A stretch of 64,000 bases of DNA from Thalia democratica. Lineage: Eukaryota. The notes beneath the pieces are model-generated. The model saw nothing but the letters and a program-made list of their open reading frames with translations. It searched no databases and was not told the DNA's origin. Both the position numbers and the translations under genes were made by a program. Below are positions 11,999 to 24,800 of this stretch, piece by piece (the first letter of the stretch is position 1; every line of letters starts with the position of its first letter). The DNA is taken from the NCBI GenBank assembly GCA_965202585.1, contig OZ241832.1, positions 60,698,001 to 60,762,000 of the forward strand, read 5' to 3'.

Positions 11999-12787
11999 GT
12001 AATTTTTTTGACAGGTAGTTTTGTTTTCTTTTGTCTTCTCTTAAAGTATTTAAAAAAGCATTAAATTAATTTAATTAGATTCACTTAGTGTCAAATTACT
12101 AACTTATTATAAAAAACAAATCGATTTAATCATGTTTTTGATAATACAATGTAATGAATAGAAACTTACTAGAGGAGTCATCTTACAAATAAGTTTCTAT
12201 TGTTTTAGAAAACAAACATTTTAAGATACAGTAAGTGTTACAATACTCATTATTAAAACTAAACTTCTTAAAAGGTTTCCTTTGAATTAAATTTAGAAAA
12301 CATAGGCTTACCAAACAAAAGTTAGTTTTAGTTCCACAGTGAACATATATTTGTTAAAACACTTTAAAAAGTTTTAACAAAAACTATGATATCTTTTAAA
12401 CCTAACTACCATTTTCTTATGTTTTATTAATTTATTTGTTTTAGGACAGATGTTAAAGTGTATCAAAAATTTAATTCAGTTTGTTTAGTTAAACTTTAAA
12501 ATTCTTTTCATTGAAACTAGACTGCTTAAAACGTTTTTTTAAATTATAGATGATAAAAAAAGGCTTACCAAAAAAGTTTCAGATTTCACAATTTTATTAC
12601 AGTAGACATATATCTTTTAGAATACTAATATATTAATACAAACTTTGTCATTTTTGTATCCCAAATAAAATTCTTTGTTATTAATTTAATTTTATTTCAG
12701 GAAAGTTGTAAGGTGTTGTAAAATGTTTCAGAAAATAACAAATTCAAACAATTTATTTATTTCAGGAAAGTTTAAAGTTGTTGTAAA

Positions 12788-12857
12788 ATGTTTCAGAAAA
12801 TAACAAATTCAACCTCCAGGAACAGCGGAGGTATAAAAAGCATCAGTAGTCCTGGAA
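12788..12857 (+). CDS. tcf3/4/12: E-protein coding exon 1 (ATG; exon begins at 12766)
   Basis: tttatttcag| acceptor; [23 protein letters not shown]; A|gtaagt, phase 1. Confidence 0.65.
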
Positions 12858-15800
12858 GTAAGTTTTGTACAAAATTTTGTTAATATAAACTAAATATATA
12901 ATTGCACACACATAATATTCATAAAAGAAAAATATTTTATCATTAAAATGTATGGCTGTTTTTTTTTTTCAATTTGTCAAGTTTTATTATTTTTGTACTT
13001 AAAAATCATTTAGTTACTACTTTAGTATTTCTACACCTCCATAAACCTCAAATAGATATAGACAAATATTTAAATGAATTTTTTATAATTTATATATTTT
13101 TTTTCAGTGAAATAAATTAAGTTTTTTATCCACTGCTAAGTGTTAAACACAACTATATTAGTTTTTTAATATTTCTAATTTGAATTTGTTAAATAAAATT
13201 TTTACAATTAAATCAATAATTAATAAAGTTTTATTTATTTATTTAACATTATATTTAAAAGAATTTTGTTTATTTTAGGTTGGCAAGGTTCTACTCAAAG
13301 CTCAACCTCTGTAAGTTTGAAAATATTATGTAAAATACTTTGTAAAAGTGTTTGTACACTAGTTTTATTAATTAAAAAGTAAGTTTTTATTTTAAGAGAA
13401 AATAAGTTTGTTGTTACTCTTTAGACTTGGAAAGTTATGTTTACAAAAACTAAATTCAAGCTAATTAATTTAACAATATAAACATTTTTAACATTTTATC
13501 AAAGCCACCCACTGAGAAGAAGCAGTTTCAAGCATACACCCAAGTTAGCAAAATATTCATACAAAAACTTAAGCTTTAAAATTGTTTCGTAATAGCCACC
13601 CATTAAGCTGAATACACATTTCACCAAAGTAACTTTTCACGACAAAAACTTGATTTTCTTGACAGCTAAAAATGCTAATATGGCCTGCAGCTACAGCTAC
13701 AGGTGCAGATTCGTGAAATTGTTCTTTTTGACAGTTCTGTGTGATTAATGTTGTGACTCCTTTTGAAGTTGTTTCAAACTATTTTTGATACCAAGTACTT
13801 CCGTTACTTATCAGAAAAATCAGATAAAAAAGTTCTACTTGCCTTAATAGACTATTAGTTGCTACAAGTCTAGACTGTTGATGGTTTTTATGAAAAATGT
13901 ATTTTATTTTTTTTATTCACAAAAACTCGCACATTATTATGTATAAAAAACAAAAACTTCATGTGTCATAAAAGTACTTGTATAACAAATATAAATATTT
14001 GATAAATTTAACAAAATTCCTCGACTCCTAATGAAATTGTTACACCATGTTACTATTTCCGTTAAGTGCGCAGAATAATCAGGAAGAAATTTCACTTGCT
14101 TAAATGCACTATTAGTTGTCACAACTCTGGACTGCTGAAATTTTTATAACTATTTTTTTGTTTCTTTATCATCACAAAAACTTGCGCATTAAAATGTTTA
14201 TAATTCAAAAAATTTTTCTAATATCAAGTTTTTTACATTTGATTTAGTCACACATACTTAAATGCTGGCTGTTGAAACTAACTATCAGTTAAGTTTCTTA
14301 CTAGCCTTTAACAATTAGCGTTGGTTTAAAAATAAAAAGTCTAATATTTTTTACCAATAATTGTGTAATTTGTGAACAGTTGTTCTTTATGGTTTTTAAA
14401 TATAAAATTATTCAGACAGTCATAAGTTAAGCGTATTTCAATTGTTTATGGATTCAAACAACATTTGATCACCTTATATTTCAAAGTTTTTGAAAACACG
14501 AAATAACATAGATACTTTTTTAATTGGTGCAATCAACACAGGGGTTAAACAACATTAAACTAATTTATTAAATTTTTTTTGTTTATATTATATAAAATTT
14601 TCAGGGGTTTCAGAGTCCGATCAACAACACAGCCATCAGAAGTCCGAATGTGGTCGTCGGTCAACCCGGTGGTCCCAACTGCATACCAGGTAGTTGTTTA
14701 GGGGATTCACCTACTTTTTTGTTGATTTTTTGTGTAGTACAACTTTGACAGCTTCATTAAATTTTTGATATATATGTGTTGTAATTAATTGTATAAATAA
14801 AAATTTAAAGGAGTTACAGCAAAAGTTGTATAAATTCTTAATCAGTTCAAATCAGAGTTTTTGTACCAAGCTTTGGTTAATAATCATCAATGCTTAGATG
14901 GTTCTAATGAAATTGAATGCAGTTTATTGTAGTTTTTACACTTGAAAAGTTTAGAAAACTTTTAAAAGTAACAGCATTTAAATATAAAGTTTGACCAAAA
15001 AGTTAAATAAAATTTTAATTAAAAAAGTTTAATGACTATTGATGAGATTTTTAAACTGAATGTAAATTCCTGTTAAAACTGAAACACTTCTTTATTTAAA
15101 GTAATAACAAAGTAATAGTAGATCAAGAACCTAACTGTTATTTAAAGCTTTTAAATAAAGTGTGAAATAAATAATTTGTACTGGCCTTTTGAACTTAATA
15201 AGCTACTTTTTAATATAATATATTAAGTATACATTTACTGAATTATGTCCTTTATTTTAACTTCCATCAAAAATATTGTTTAATATTATGCAACTTAGTA
15301 CTGATAATGAATAAAATAAATAAACAACTAATTTATATTACAGTCAGAGAAGAAAAACCAAACTACTCATTTCAGCCATCCCCCGTTAGTTTCTTTTATG
15401 TAATAACTTGAAATAAATAAATATACAAGTATACACACATATATATATATATATACATACAAAGCAAATAATTTATTATCTCGCAGTGTTTTTAAACTGG
15501 TTAGGCTAAACTATTATTTATTTTTTTACTAATCTGTGATCTTGGAAAGTTTAGTAAATAAGGCACGCCATAAAATGTTTTTTTTTTCAGTTAATTAGTT
15601 TTAACATTAAAGAAAAAAAAAACAATTATCACGAGGTGACTAACTTTAAACGAACATATTACTACAGGGTTCGTGCGCGTCAGGCTAAATCAGGCTAAGT
15701 CAGGCTAAATCAGTTTTTTTGAAAAAAGTTTAAAAACGTCAGGCTAAATCAGTTTTTTTATTTTAAAGTTTGAGAATCTCAGTTTTTCTTAGTTCAAATG

Positions 15801-18800
15801 CTTGAAAATTTTTGATTAGAAAAAATTGAGATCAAATTGAAATGTGAATATATTTCTAAACAAAGATTTAGTTATTAAAGACAAAATCAGTAAATATTTG
15901 TAAATATAAATGCTTAAGACCTTTTGTAGAATATCTAAAAAGTTTTTTAGAATCTTCATTATTTTGTTTTGAGTAGATTATATACGTCATAATTATGAAA
16001 CTTCATAAAAAATACAGTTTAACATTACAATTTAGTTCAACAACTTAGCTTTTTGTTTGAATTTGTTTAAGTCAGCTATGTTTTTCAGAGCTTAGTTAGT
16101 TGCACTGTTTTAATTTCTAACTTAAAGGCACTATACCAAATACTTTTTAGATCAAACCTCTTAGCAGTTTATTCATTTCTTTTACTGTTTGTTTAAAGTT
16201 ATAAGAGATATTCACAACACTAAAACTTAGCTTTAAGATATAAGTACTAAGTTTGTGGGATTAAAAATTTTAGGTATAATTAATTTTTCTTTACAAGAAC
16301 AAAACATTAAGGGTTTTTTTTTTTATTTAAGTGTAAGCTTTTTAAATCCGATACGACGTCAACAATCACTGTATTTATTTAGATTTTAGGATCTATAATT
16401 ATGTATCACTTTAAGTATTAGTCAAAATACTATTATAAAAATTTTTGCTTATTTTAATACTTAATACTCGTGTAAGCGTTTCATTTTAAATTTTAATAAA
16501 ACACGACAATGCACGGGGTATAAGGGGGTCAAATCACCTTTTTTACAATTCAGTCTTATTTTATTGAGTTGTAATTAAGCTATGAGTTGCTTTTTGCAGA
16601 TTTTTAATGTTCAAATTATTTTTGAGATAAAGCTGGTTGAAGTCAAAGAATACAATAGTAGTAATCAAGTAGTTACTAATACCTAAATTGACTTCTAAAG
16701 GGGATTTTCCTTACTTTGAAAAAATGTCAGGCTAAATTGTTCTCAGTCAGGCTAAATGAAAAAAATTTCGCGCACGAACCCTGTTACTAGAACAAGGAAG
16801 TTTAAAAGCATTAGTTGCAATTTATATAAAGTACATGTTTTTTATTAATGTTATAAAAACATTTTTTCATACTTAGTTTTGATAGAAACACTTTAAATTG
16901 TTTGTAGCATTTTGAAAACTAACTTCAAGGGGTTTATAGTAGCAAAATCTGAAAACGTTAAGCTGTTTTAAACATGAAATTTTATTTAATTTCTTAGTAT
17001 TTAAAGTTTGCGAACTTGTAGAACAAAAATTCACTAATTTAATTAATAAAAGAACATTGTAGAGTTTATTTTTAGCCCCAAAAATTCACCAGCGTCACGA
17101 CTTGGCTTGAAATAAATCTGTACTATGACGAAATAAAGATTTTTATAGAAAAGTCGGTAACACCAAAGGTCAGGGTTTAAAAGATGTTCTTGTCCCCGAA
17201 AAAATATTCTTGCGTCCACGCAAAATTAATTTGCAACCTTTGACACGAAGCGCTAAAAAGTTTCTCTTTTCTTGACTGTTTTCAGTTTCGGTTTTTGAAT
17301 GTTCAAAATCACGAAAACTTTTGGCATCGAGTTCGGATTAAAGTTCTAAAAATAAAAATAAATTAAAATATCCACCGGCGTAAAAATAAACAGACAAAAC
17401 AAACAAGAAGACATCAAAGCTGAAAAAAAAGTGAAATTTTTAACGCATGCGTGGTTACGAGCAAACGCTGAACTGATTCCGCCACTAGTGCGGCGCCCTT
17501 CTCTCAAATCTCATCAATCATCTTGAGCGAAACGAGAGAACGAAGAGATTAAATCGAGAGAGGCGAGTTTCGAGAGAGCATATACGGCAGATGGTTTTCG
17601 GCGAGCGAACGGCCAAGATTTCGCTTTTCGCGAGAATGCATGTCTCTTTGCGTTATCCTGTTGCATGTAAAAAAAAGTTGAGAAGTTTTTCTTTTTTTTT
17701 TCCTGCTGATATTTTGCAACGCGAAACTTTCTATTTTTTTGCTGATAATTGTAGCCAGCTGTGGACTTAGTCAGTTTTTTTTAATTGTTCTTTTGATGAT
17801 GTTCGGTGATTAGTTTTTTTTTTTGGAGATGAAAGTTTGATAGTAATTACTAATTAGTGACTTATGAGTTTGTTGGAAGATGAAAGTGTGTTTGATGATT
17901 GCTCTTTTGTTTTGTATTGTTTCATGTGCAGTGTCATAATTCAGAATAACTTCAAAGAGTCCTAGTTTGCAGATGATTCATTCCTTATAATTAAAAGATA
18001 GTATAAATTTTCTAAACTTAAAAAACTTAGAAAACTTGAAACTGTTTTTAAACATTTACAAGTAAAAAATTAACACATATTAACACTGAACACTGTTTAA
18101 TGTTTTCTGTACAGTGTATTATTTCAGTGAAAACTTAAAAGTCTTTTAGTTATGTTTCACTGTTTTAACTTCAAAGACTGTATAAATTTTCTGCGCCCTA
18201 AAAAAACACTACTTTTAAAGTAAATAGTCAAATTGAAACTTTATTTTCAATGTCTACTTGGTTAAACGGTATACTTAATGCATAAAGTCTTTATAAATTT
18301 GTTTTAAAACAGAGCAGAGTTAATAGAAAAAGCTTAAGTCAATGCATAAAAGTTTTAAACTTAGCATTACTAAACAACTTGATTATTTTAATATTATACG
18401 CTACTTATACAATGTGTATACAAACGAAAAAGGTAACTGTAACGTCAATCATAAACATTTTAATTAAATAAACATAAATGCACGGATAAGCGGTGAATAA
18501 TATGTCGAAACGCCAGTATATGTACACAATATGTCGATAGTTTGACAGCTGGGATAAATTATTTTGTGAAAATTTATAAACTTTATTTTGTTATCACGAT
18601 AGTTGATCAGGTTGTGCATTATATGGTAATAACCAGAAATAATGTTTTTGTTCAATTATTTTGGTTCATGAAAGTATTATTTTACATTAAAATAAAACCA
18701 TACGGTGCGATTTTTTACTTCTAAGCCTTCCACTATTTTAAAATGAAATTTTAAACACATTTAAGCACTAAATGTTTTAAGTCTTAAAAAACAAAAAAAT

Positions 18801-21800
18801 ATTTTAAGTAAAACTTAAGTTTTGTAAACACAGACTTAAACAGCTTACTGAACGCTCCAAAATAGAAAATAAGCCTTTTCAGTGTGAAACAGAGCGTAAC
18901 GAAAAAGTGATCGGTTTTAAGCTGTAAACTTTTGTTACTGTTGAACTCATTAAGTTAAGTTTAATAACCGTCTGTTTCATATTGCGGTAATAGTTATTTT
19001 GTAATTTTCGTTCGATTGTGAAAAGTTTTCTTATCTTAATTATTATTGCTGTTAAACTACTAACTTACATTTAGGTTCAACTTTTTTCAGTTTATTTATA
19101 ATGGTTTAAGTTTTCATGACTTTACCTTTTTTTTATCACAACCTAAATTTTTAATAATTATTTTAACATATTAATACGAATCTTAAAATTTCATCTTTAA
19201 CTTTCAAAACATATAAAGCTTTTATACAACCGCTAAAGATTTTAAGTTAATTAAATATTTTTTTTTATAAACACTAGATTATCGTTTAAAACTAATTTAA
19301 AAGTGTAAACTGATCTATACATCAAAAGTAGACATAACGATCTCAAATTAATTTACAAAACTTCCTGAATCATCAAATACTTCCGGAACAATAAATCTCA
19401 TGTTTCAATCAGAAAAATTAATCTCGAACATTTCGAAACACTCATTTCGAACGTAATGCGCTTTAAGTATTTTAATCAATTATGAAAAGCGTTTAAATAT
19501 GCCAATAAACAGTTTAAACCTCCATCAGATAAGAAAACAGGTGGAAAACACGAAATTATCAAAACTCATATCCCCAATAAACTATTCACTTTTCTTATCT
19601 GATTTCACCAGGTGGTTTTTATTGAAAGTTTTTTTGAAAAAAATATCGCTACGGGCGAAATAAGTTGCTTTTGATTTATTAGCGAGCAATAATTCATAAG
19701 TTCGTCATGTTCGAAAAGTTGAAAACATTTTTGACCGATTTTTAGTCACTGAATAATAATTAAGCTTGTGAAGTGTTTATGGTAAGTGTTTTTATTTTTT
19801 CGATGTAGAAATTTTTGGAGCGAAGTATTTTAATATTATCAAGTAATAATTAATATTTTTTTGTTTTTGGTTGCTTAAACTAATTGCTTGAGTTTTCTTT
19901 TGACTGATTAACTTGTTCCTAAATAAAAACAATCTTTAGAGTATTTCTGATAACTTAGTTGTAATTATCTGTAAAGTATTTCTGATAAGTTCTTTTTTTA
20001 ATTTTTTTTAAACAGACATTATTTTTAAAATAAAAAATTTGAAATACTTTAGTGTTATTATGTGATAACTCATAAAACTTATTGGAAGCTTAAACTTACA
20101 ACTTGAGTTTTAGCCGACCGATTGATTGGTTTCCTAATAAAAAGTGAAGTGCTTTGATCGATTTTATTTACATGTTAAAACATTTTAAAATGTTCAAGTT
20201 TTGTGTTTATAATAGATTTTTAGTGTTTTATAACCAAATATTAGTAACCGGCATAGATTAAACGAACTTAAAATTACATAGTTTTGCTTTAAAAAAATAA
20301 TTAGTAAATTTTTATGTACTTTAAAAAAAGTTCTTAGTACTACTCTGTCACTTTATGTACTTTATTACATTTCTCCTTATTTCTAAATATAATTAGTCTA
20401 ACATTAATTAGGTCTGACGCTAGTTTCCGAATTTTTCAACTTTTTTATGTTCCCTTTCATTTTAGGTTTCCTTTGATTAACGACAAGTCCTTTTTCATGT
20501 GAAATTTTATCGGCGGTGATAAAAACTTGATAGAAAGCCGAAAGTAATTAAAACTCGAGTGTACGGCAGTTAATTAGTTTTTATGACAAGTTTTTTTATT
20601 GAAAACGAAAGTTTACGGCTTGGCATCTAACGCAAGGAAGAGTTATTTTTGTAATTAAATTTTTTGTCGTTGGAATTTCGGGCCGGCTATTTTTAGAGAA
20701 AGGGGCTTAAAATCGCTGTGTGAACAATTTGCTGCAACAAAATAAAGTTAAAATATTTCAAAGCTCTTATGTTGTAAATTTAGAAACAGTTTTCTCAATA
20801 AACTTATTTTTAATTTTAATATGTGAATGGTCAGTTTAAAAAACAAAGTTTAATTTAAGTCTTAGTTTTGGAATTTTTGAATGATTAAAGAAGTTTTAAT
20901 TAATTTTATTTTGTAGTTTTTGTTGAAACTTTTTATGTAATTTCTTAAAAACTTTATAAACTATAAATAAGTCAAGTTATTTTAATAGAATTTGTTTTAC
21001 TATTCGATTACTAAAACTATCTACATTTTTACCACAAATTGAAAGTTTTATAATAAAATTACCAAGTATATTTATATAAAAGAAAAAGAAGAAATAAAAA
21101 AAAAATCTACTCTATTAAAACTTTCTGTTTTTATTTTTACAGCATCTAGACTACTTTTAATTAAACAAAATATCTTCACGTATAGCCAAATTGTTAAAGT
21201 GAAACATTAATTAAAGCTCAACACTTGAAGTAAAACTTCATGTTTATATTTTTACAGCATCTAGACTATTTTTAATTAAACAAAACATCTCTTCACACAT
21301 ACAGGCAGGGCACATAATGCACAAAGCAACAAGTCCGAACACAAGTAACAACAACAACTACATGAGCAAGAACATACACACAAATCCGAGTCCTTTGAAT
21401 GGAGGTGAGCTATTACAATGATTATTTACTAATTAATTGTATGTAAGAAAAATTTATTTCTCTCAACTATGTATCTATTTTATAGCATTGCTTTATTTTA
21501 ACCACATAAACTTTTTCGTATATTAACAAAAGCTGTTCGTTAGTAGTTTTACTACATCCTAACACATTTTAGTTTAGTTTTTATTTTTAGTTTTATACTT
21601 TATATGATATTAGATGGTGTGGGTAGGTAATAATGATTTGTAAAAAAAACTAAGGTATTTCTACTTTAGAGCTCGAAAATTAAAACTTTATGTTCATTTG
21701 TACAAAACCCTGATTAGTTAGCAAATTAAAAAATATTTAATTGAAAATCAAACATATACATAAATATACTTCTATTTGAAAGTTTTTCATGTTACGCTTT

Positions 21801-24800
21801 TAGCACTGCTAGGGTGATATTAATATTGGTGTTAACTAAAACTCCAATATTTCTAACTGAAGTATTCATTTGCATACATTTATTTTTTATTGTTTACTTA
21901 TATTTGAACACGATATACAAATTAATTGTGTTTCCAATTACTAAGTGTGATTAATGTACATCATTTGCGCATTTTATTATATAGTTAGGATAACATATAA
22001 TACTTACCTATTTTCAATCAAACTACTAATTTGCATATATTTGTTTTATACGGCTTAATGGTATTTGTATACAATTAAGCTACTGTACTCTTAATTAGTG
22101 AGTGTGATTAATATATATATATATATATCAACTGAGCACATGAATGATTATGTTGAGTTTGTGTAATTAAATATATAGTTTCTTCACAGCATGTGTTTGC
22201 CAAACAATGAAATTTATACATCCAAAATATTAAAAAACAAATTAAGACTATTGATTGGCACAAATTTACAGTTACTAAGCGTTTTCAAAATTAAAATTTA
22301 TCACAATAGATTTCAAGCATGAAACCAAATGACAACAGATACATGTATTTTAACAGCTTGTAAGCACAATGAAAATAAACATTGACAAGAAACTTGATAC
22401 AGCTGTGAACACAAAACTCACATTACACAAATAAAAAAAAAAAACAACTTATGTGTATTAATAGGATGTGTAATAGTTTATTATAATTTTTTCGTTCAAA
22501 CTTAAATTATATATCATCCTATAAATGTTTGTGTTCTTGAAAATTTAAACAGTAAAATAAAGTAGATGAAAACTATAAAATGCTTTTGATTTAAAAAACT
22601 ATTTTTAAAGAATATAAAGCAATTAAAAGTTTATCGATAAAATTTTTACACGTCTTGGCGGACATTATTTATAATTTAATCCAACTAATGCTGTTTGGAA
22701 GCTAGAACCACTATTACTGATTGTTTTCCTTGATAAAGTTCACAGTTTAAACTTTTAACCCAGATACATCAGTGCATGTATCATTAACAACAGTGCTTAT
22801 GCTGTATGCAACGGTATTAACTCATGATAATAACTATCTCATTATAATTACATCCTTCCCTTATGAGCATTTACAATTTCTTCTAACTTTCTTGTTAATC
22901 TTAGGTAAACACGCGGACAATAGTTTTGAAAATATTGATTTAATTATCGTATTATTGTAATGAGGGCAAATAGGGTGGCGATAGATTTAGGATATTTTAA
23001 TTTAATTAAAGCATTTAATTTGTATTTGCTTTAATTTTGTTGTAAAATTTATTGTGGTAGGTTTTTCCCATAGTTTCAGTTTAAAATTTAAGAATTAGCT
23101 TAAGATGGTTAATAACTAAATTATTAGTCTAAACTTGTAAGTTTTATGACAGTAAAAGAAATCTTTAATTATGCTCTAGCTAAGTTTTTTGAAATCATTC
23201 TGAATTTATAAAACTATGTTTTCCTATTTCACCGTAGTAAAATTACTTTCAAGCTATTTTATTTATGTTAAAGTGTTTAGTTTACTTTTTTAAAGCATAG
23301 AAAACAGTAGCCAATTACTAGTTTAATTTTTTTTTAAATATACTTATAGACCTACAATGTCTAATTCTTATTTTAATAAAAAAGGGCTATAACTTTGTAA
23401 TTAAAACGACTTATCCAGTTCTTTGTTTTAATCTGAGGTTGTTTTAATTTGCATATTATCATTTTTACGTCATCAAAAATTATCGGTTTTGAGTTGTTCA
23501 TTTATCCTTTTTGATAAAAACGAATATGCTAATATTAAGTGGATTGTTAACAAATTTATTTTAATTGTTAAAACTCGTACAAGAGTTAAATTAATTATTC
23601 AAGTATGTACTACAATAAAATATCAATAAAACATGTTACAATACAACACACACGATTAAGAACATGTGTCATAACTTTGTAATAAAAACTCGTTTTAAAT
23701 ATGAGTCACATAATTCAACAACTTTTTATCATGCAGGGGTTCATATTACGTGAGTTTTCAAGGACCCTTCATATCATAATGAAAGGAAACTATATTGAAT
23801 GTGTATTTGTGTGAGAAAATAAACAGTTATTAATAATATCGATAAAAGTTTAATAACTTCCTCTACCTCAATGACAATTTTAGCTAGGATTTTAAACTAT
23901 TAAGTTTTTAAGCTCTTTAAAAAAATACAAAAAGTCGAAGTTTTATATACTGTCAATTATAGCTAAAAGTGATATGTAATATTAAACTTTTTATATTAAA
24001 AAATGTTTATTTTTACAAAAACTCCAAAGTATTTTGACGAATTTGCCAGCTATCAAAATGGTGATCTGAAAATTCAACCTTCATATTAAAAAATTAGTTA
24101 CTTTTAATTTTACTTGATCAATTACTATAAAAAATCCTAATCGATAGGGTAATTAAATCGATAGTGATCGTATACTGCAATACTTAAATAAAAGGTGTCA
24201 TATTTGTTCTAGATTTGAAACTCAACCACATAAGCTAAACGTTTCGCAAAGCTTCTAAACTTTTGTTTATTTTGTTAACCTTTTTAACTTCATCTTTTAG
24301 AAACCTATCAATGAATTGCTTGTTTTTTATCTGCAACTTGATATTCAACTAGCAACAATTTTAAACAATAGCTATTCGAGAGCTCAGTTTCTAAGTTTTT
24401 ATTTCAAATAAGCGCCTTTAGGATAGTTTCTAAGAAGATTAAACCCACTTCTTTAGTTTACTAATGAAGTTTATTAAAGAAGTTTACTTTTTTAGTGAAA
24501 TACTTTCTTGCATAAACTAAAAAAGATTTAAGTTTTAACTAGTTGATAATTTCCTGAGCTTATTTATTTTGGTTTTTTGAGTATTGTTATAGTTTATGTA
24601 CCTATAGTAATGACTTGAATATTTTTAACCCACATTAATATACCAACAAAATATTTTCTTGTATTATTAGAACAGTTAAACTTTTAAATAATGGATAATT
24701 TTCTAGGCATACTTGTTTCAAATTTTTTTTCTAGTTTTTTGAGTACAGTGTTAGCTTAAAGCTCTAACATTTGGATTGTTCTGTAGTCAAATATTTGTGC

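Noticed and set aside
17880-17939. Signal-peptide-like mini-[22 protein letters not shown]
   Set aside because: Expected by chance from TG-rich UTR-like sequence; no credible donor, and it is implausible on a nuclear factor.
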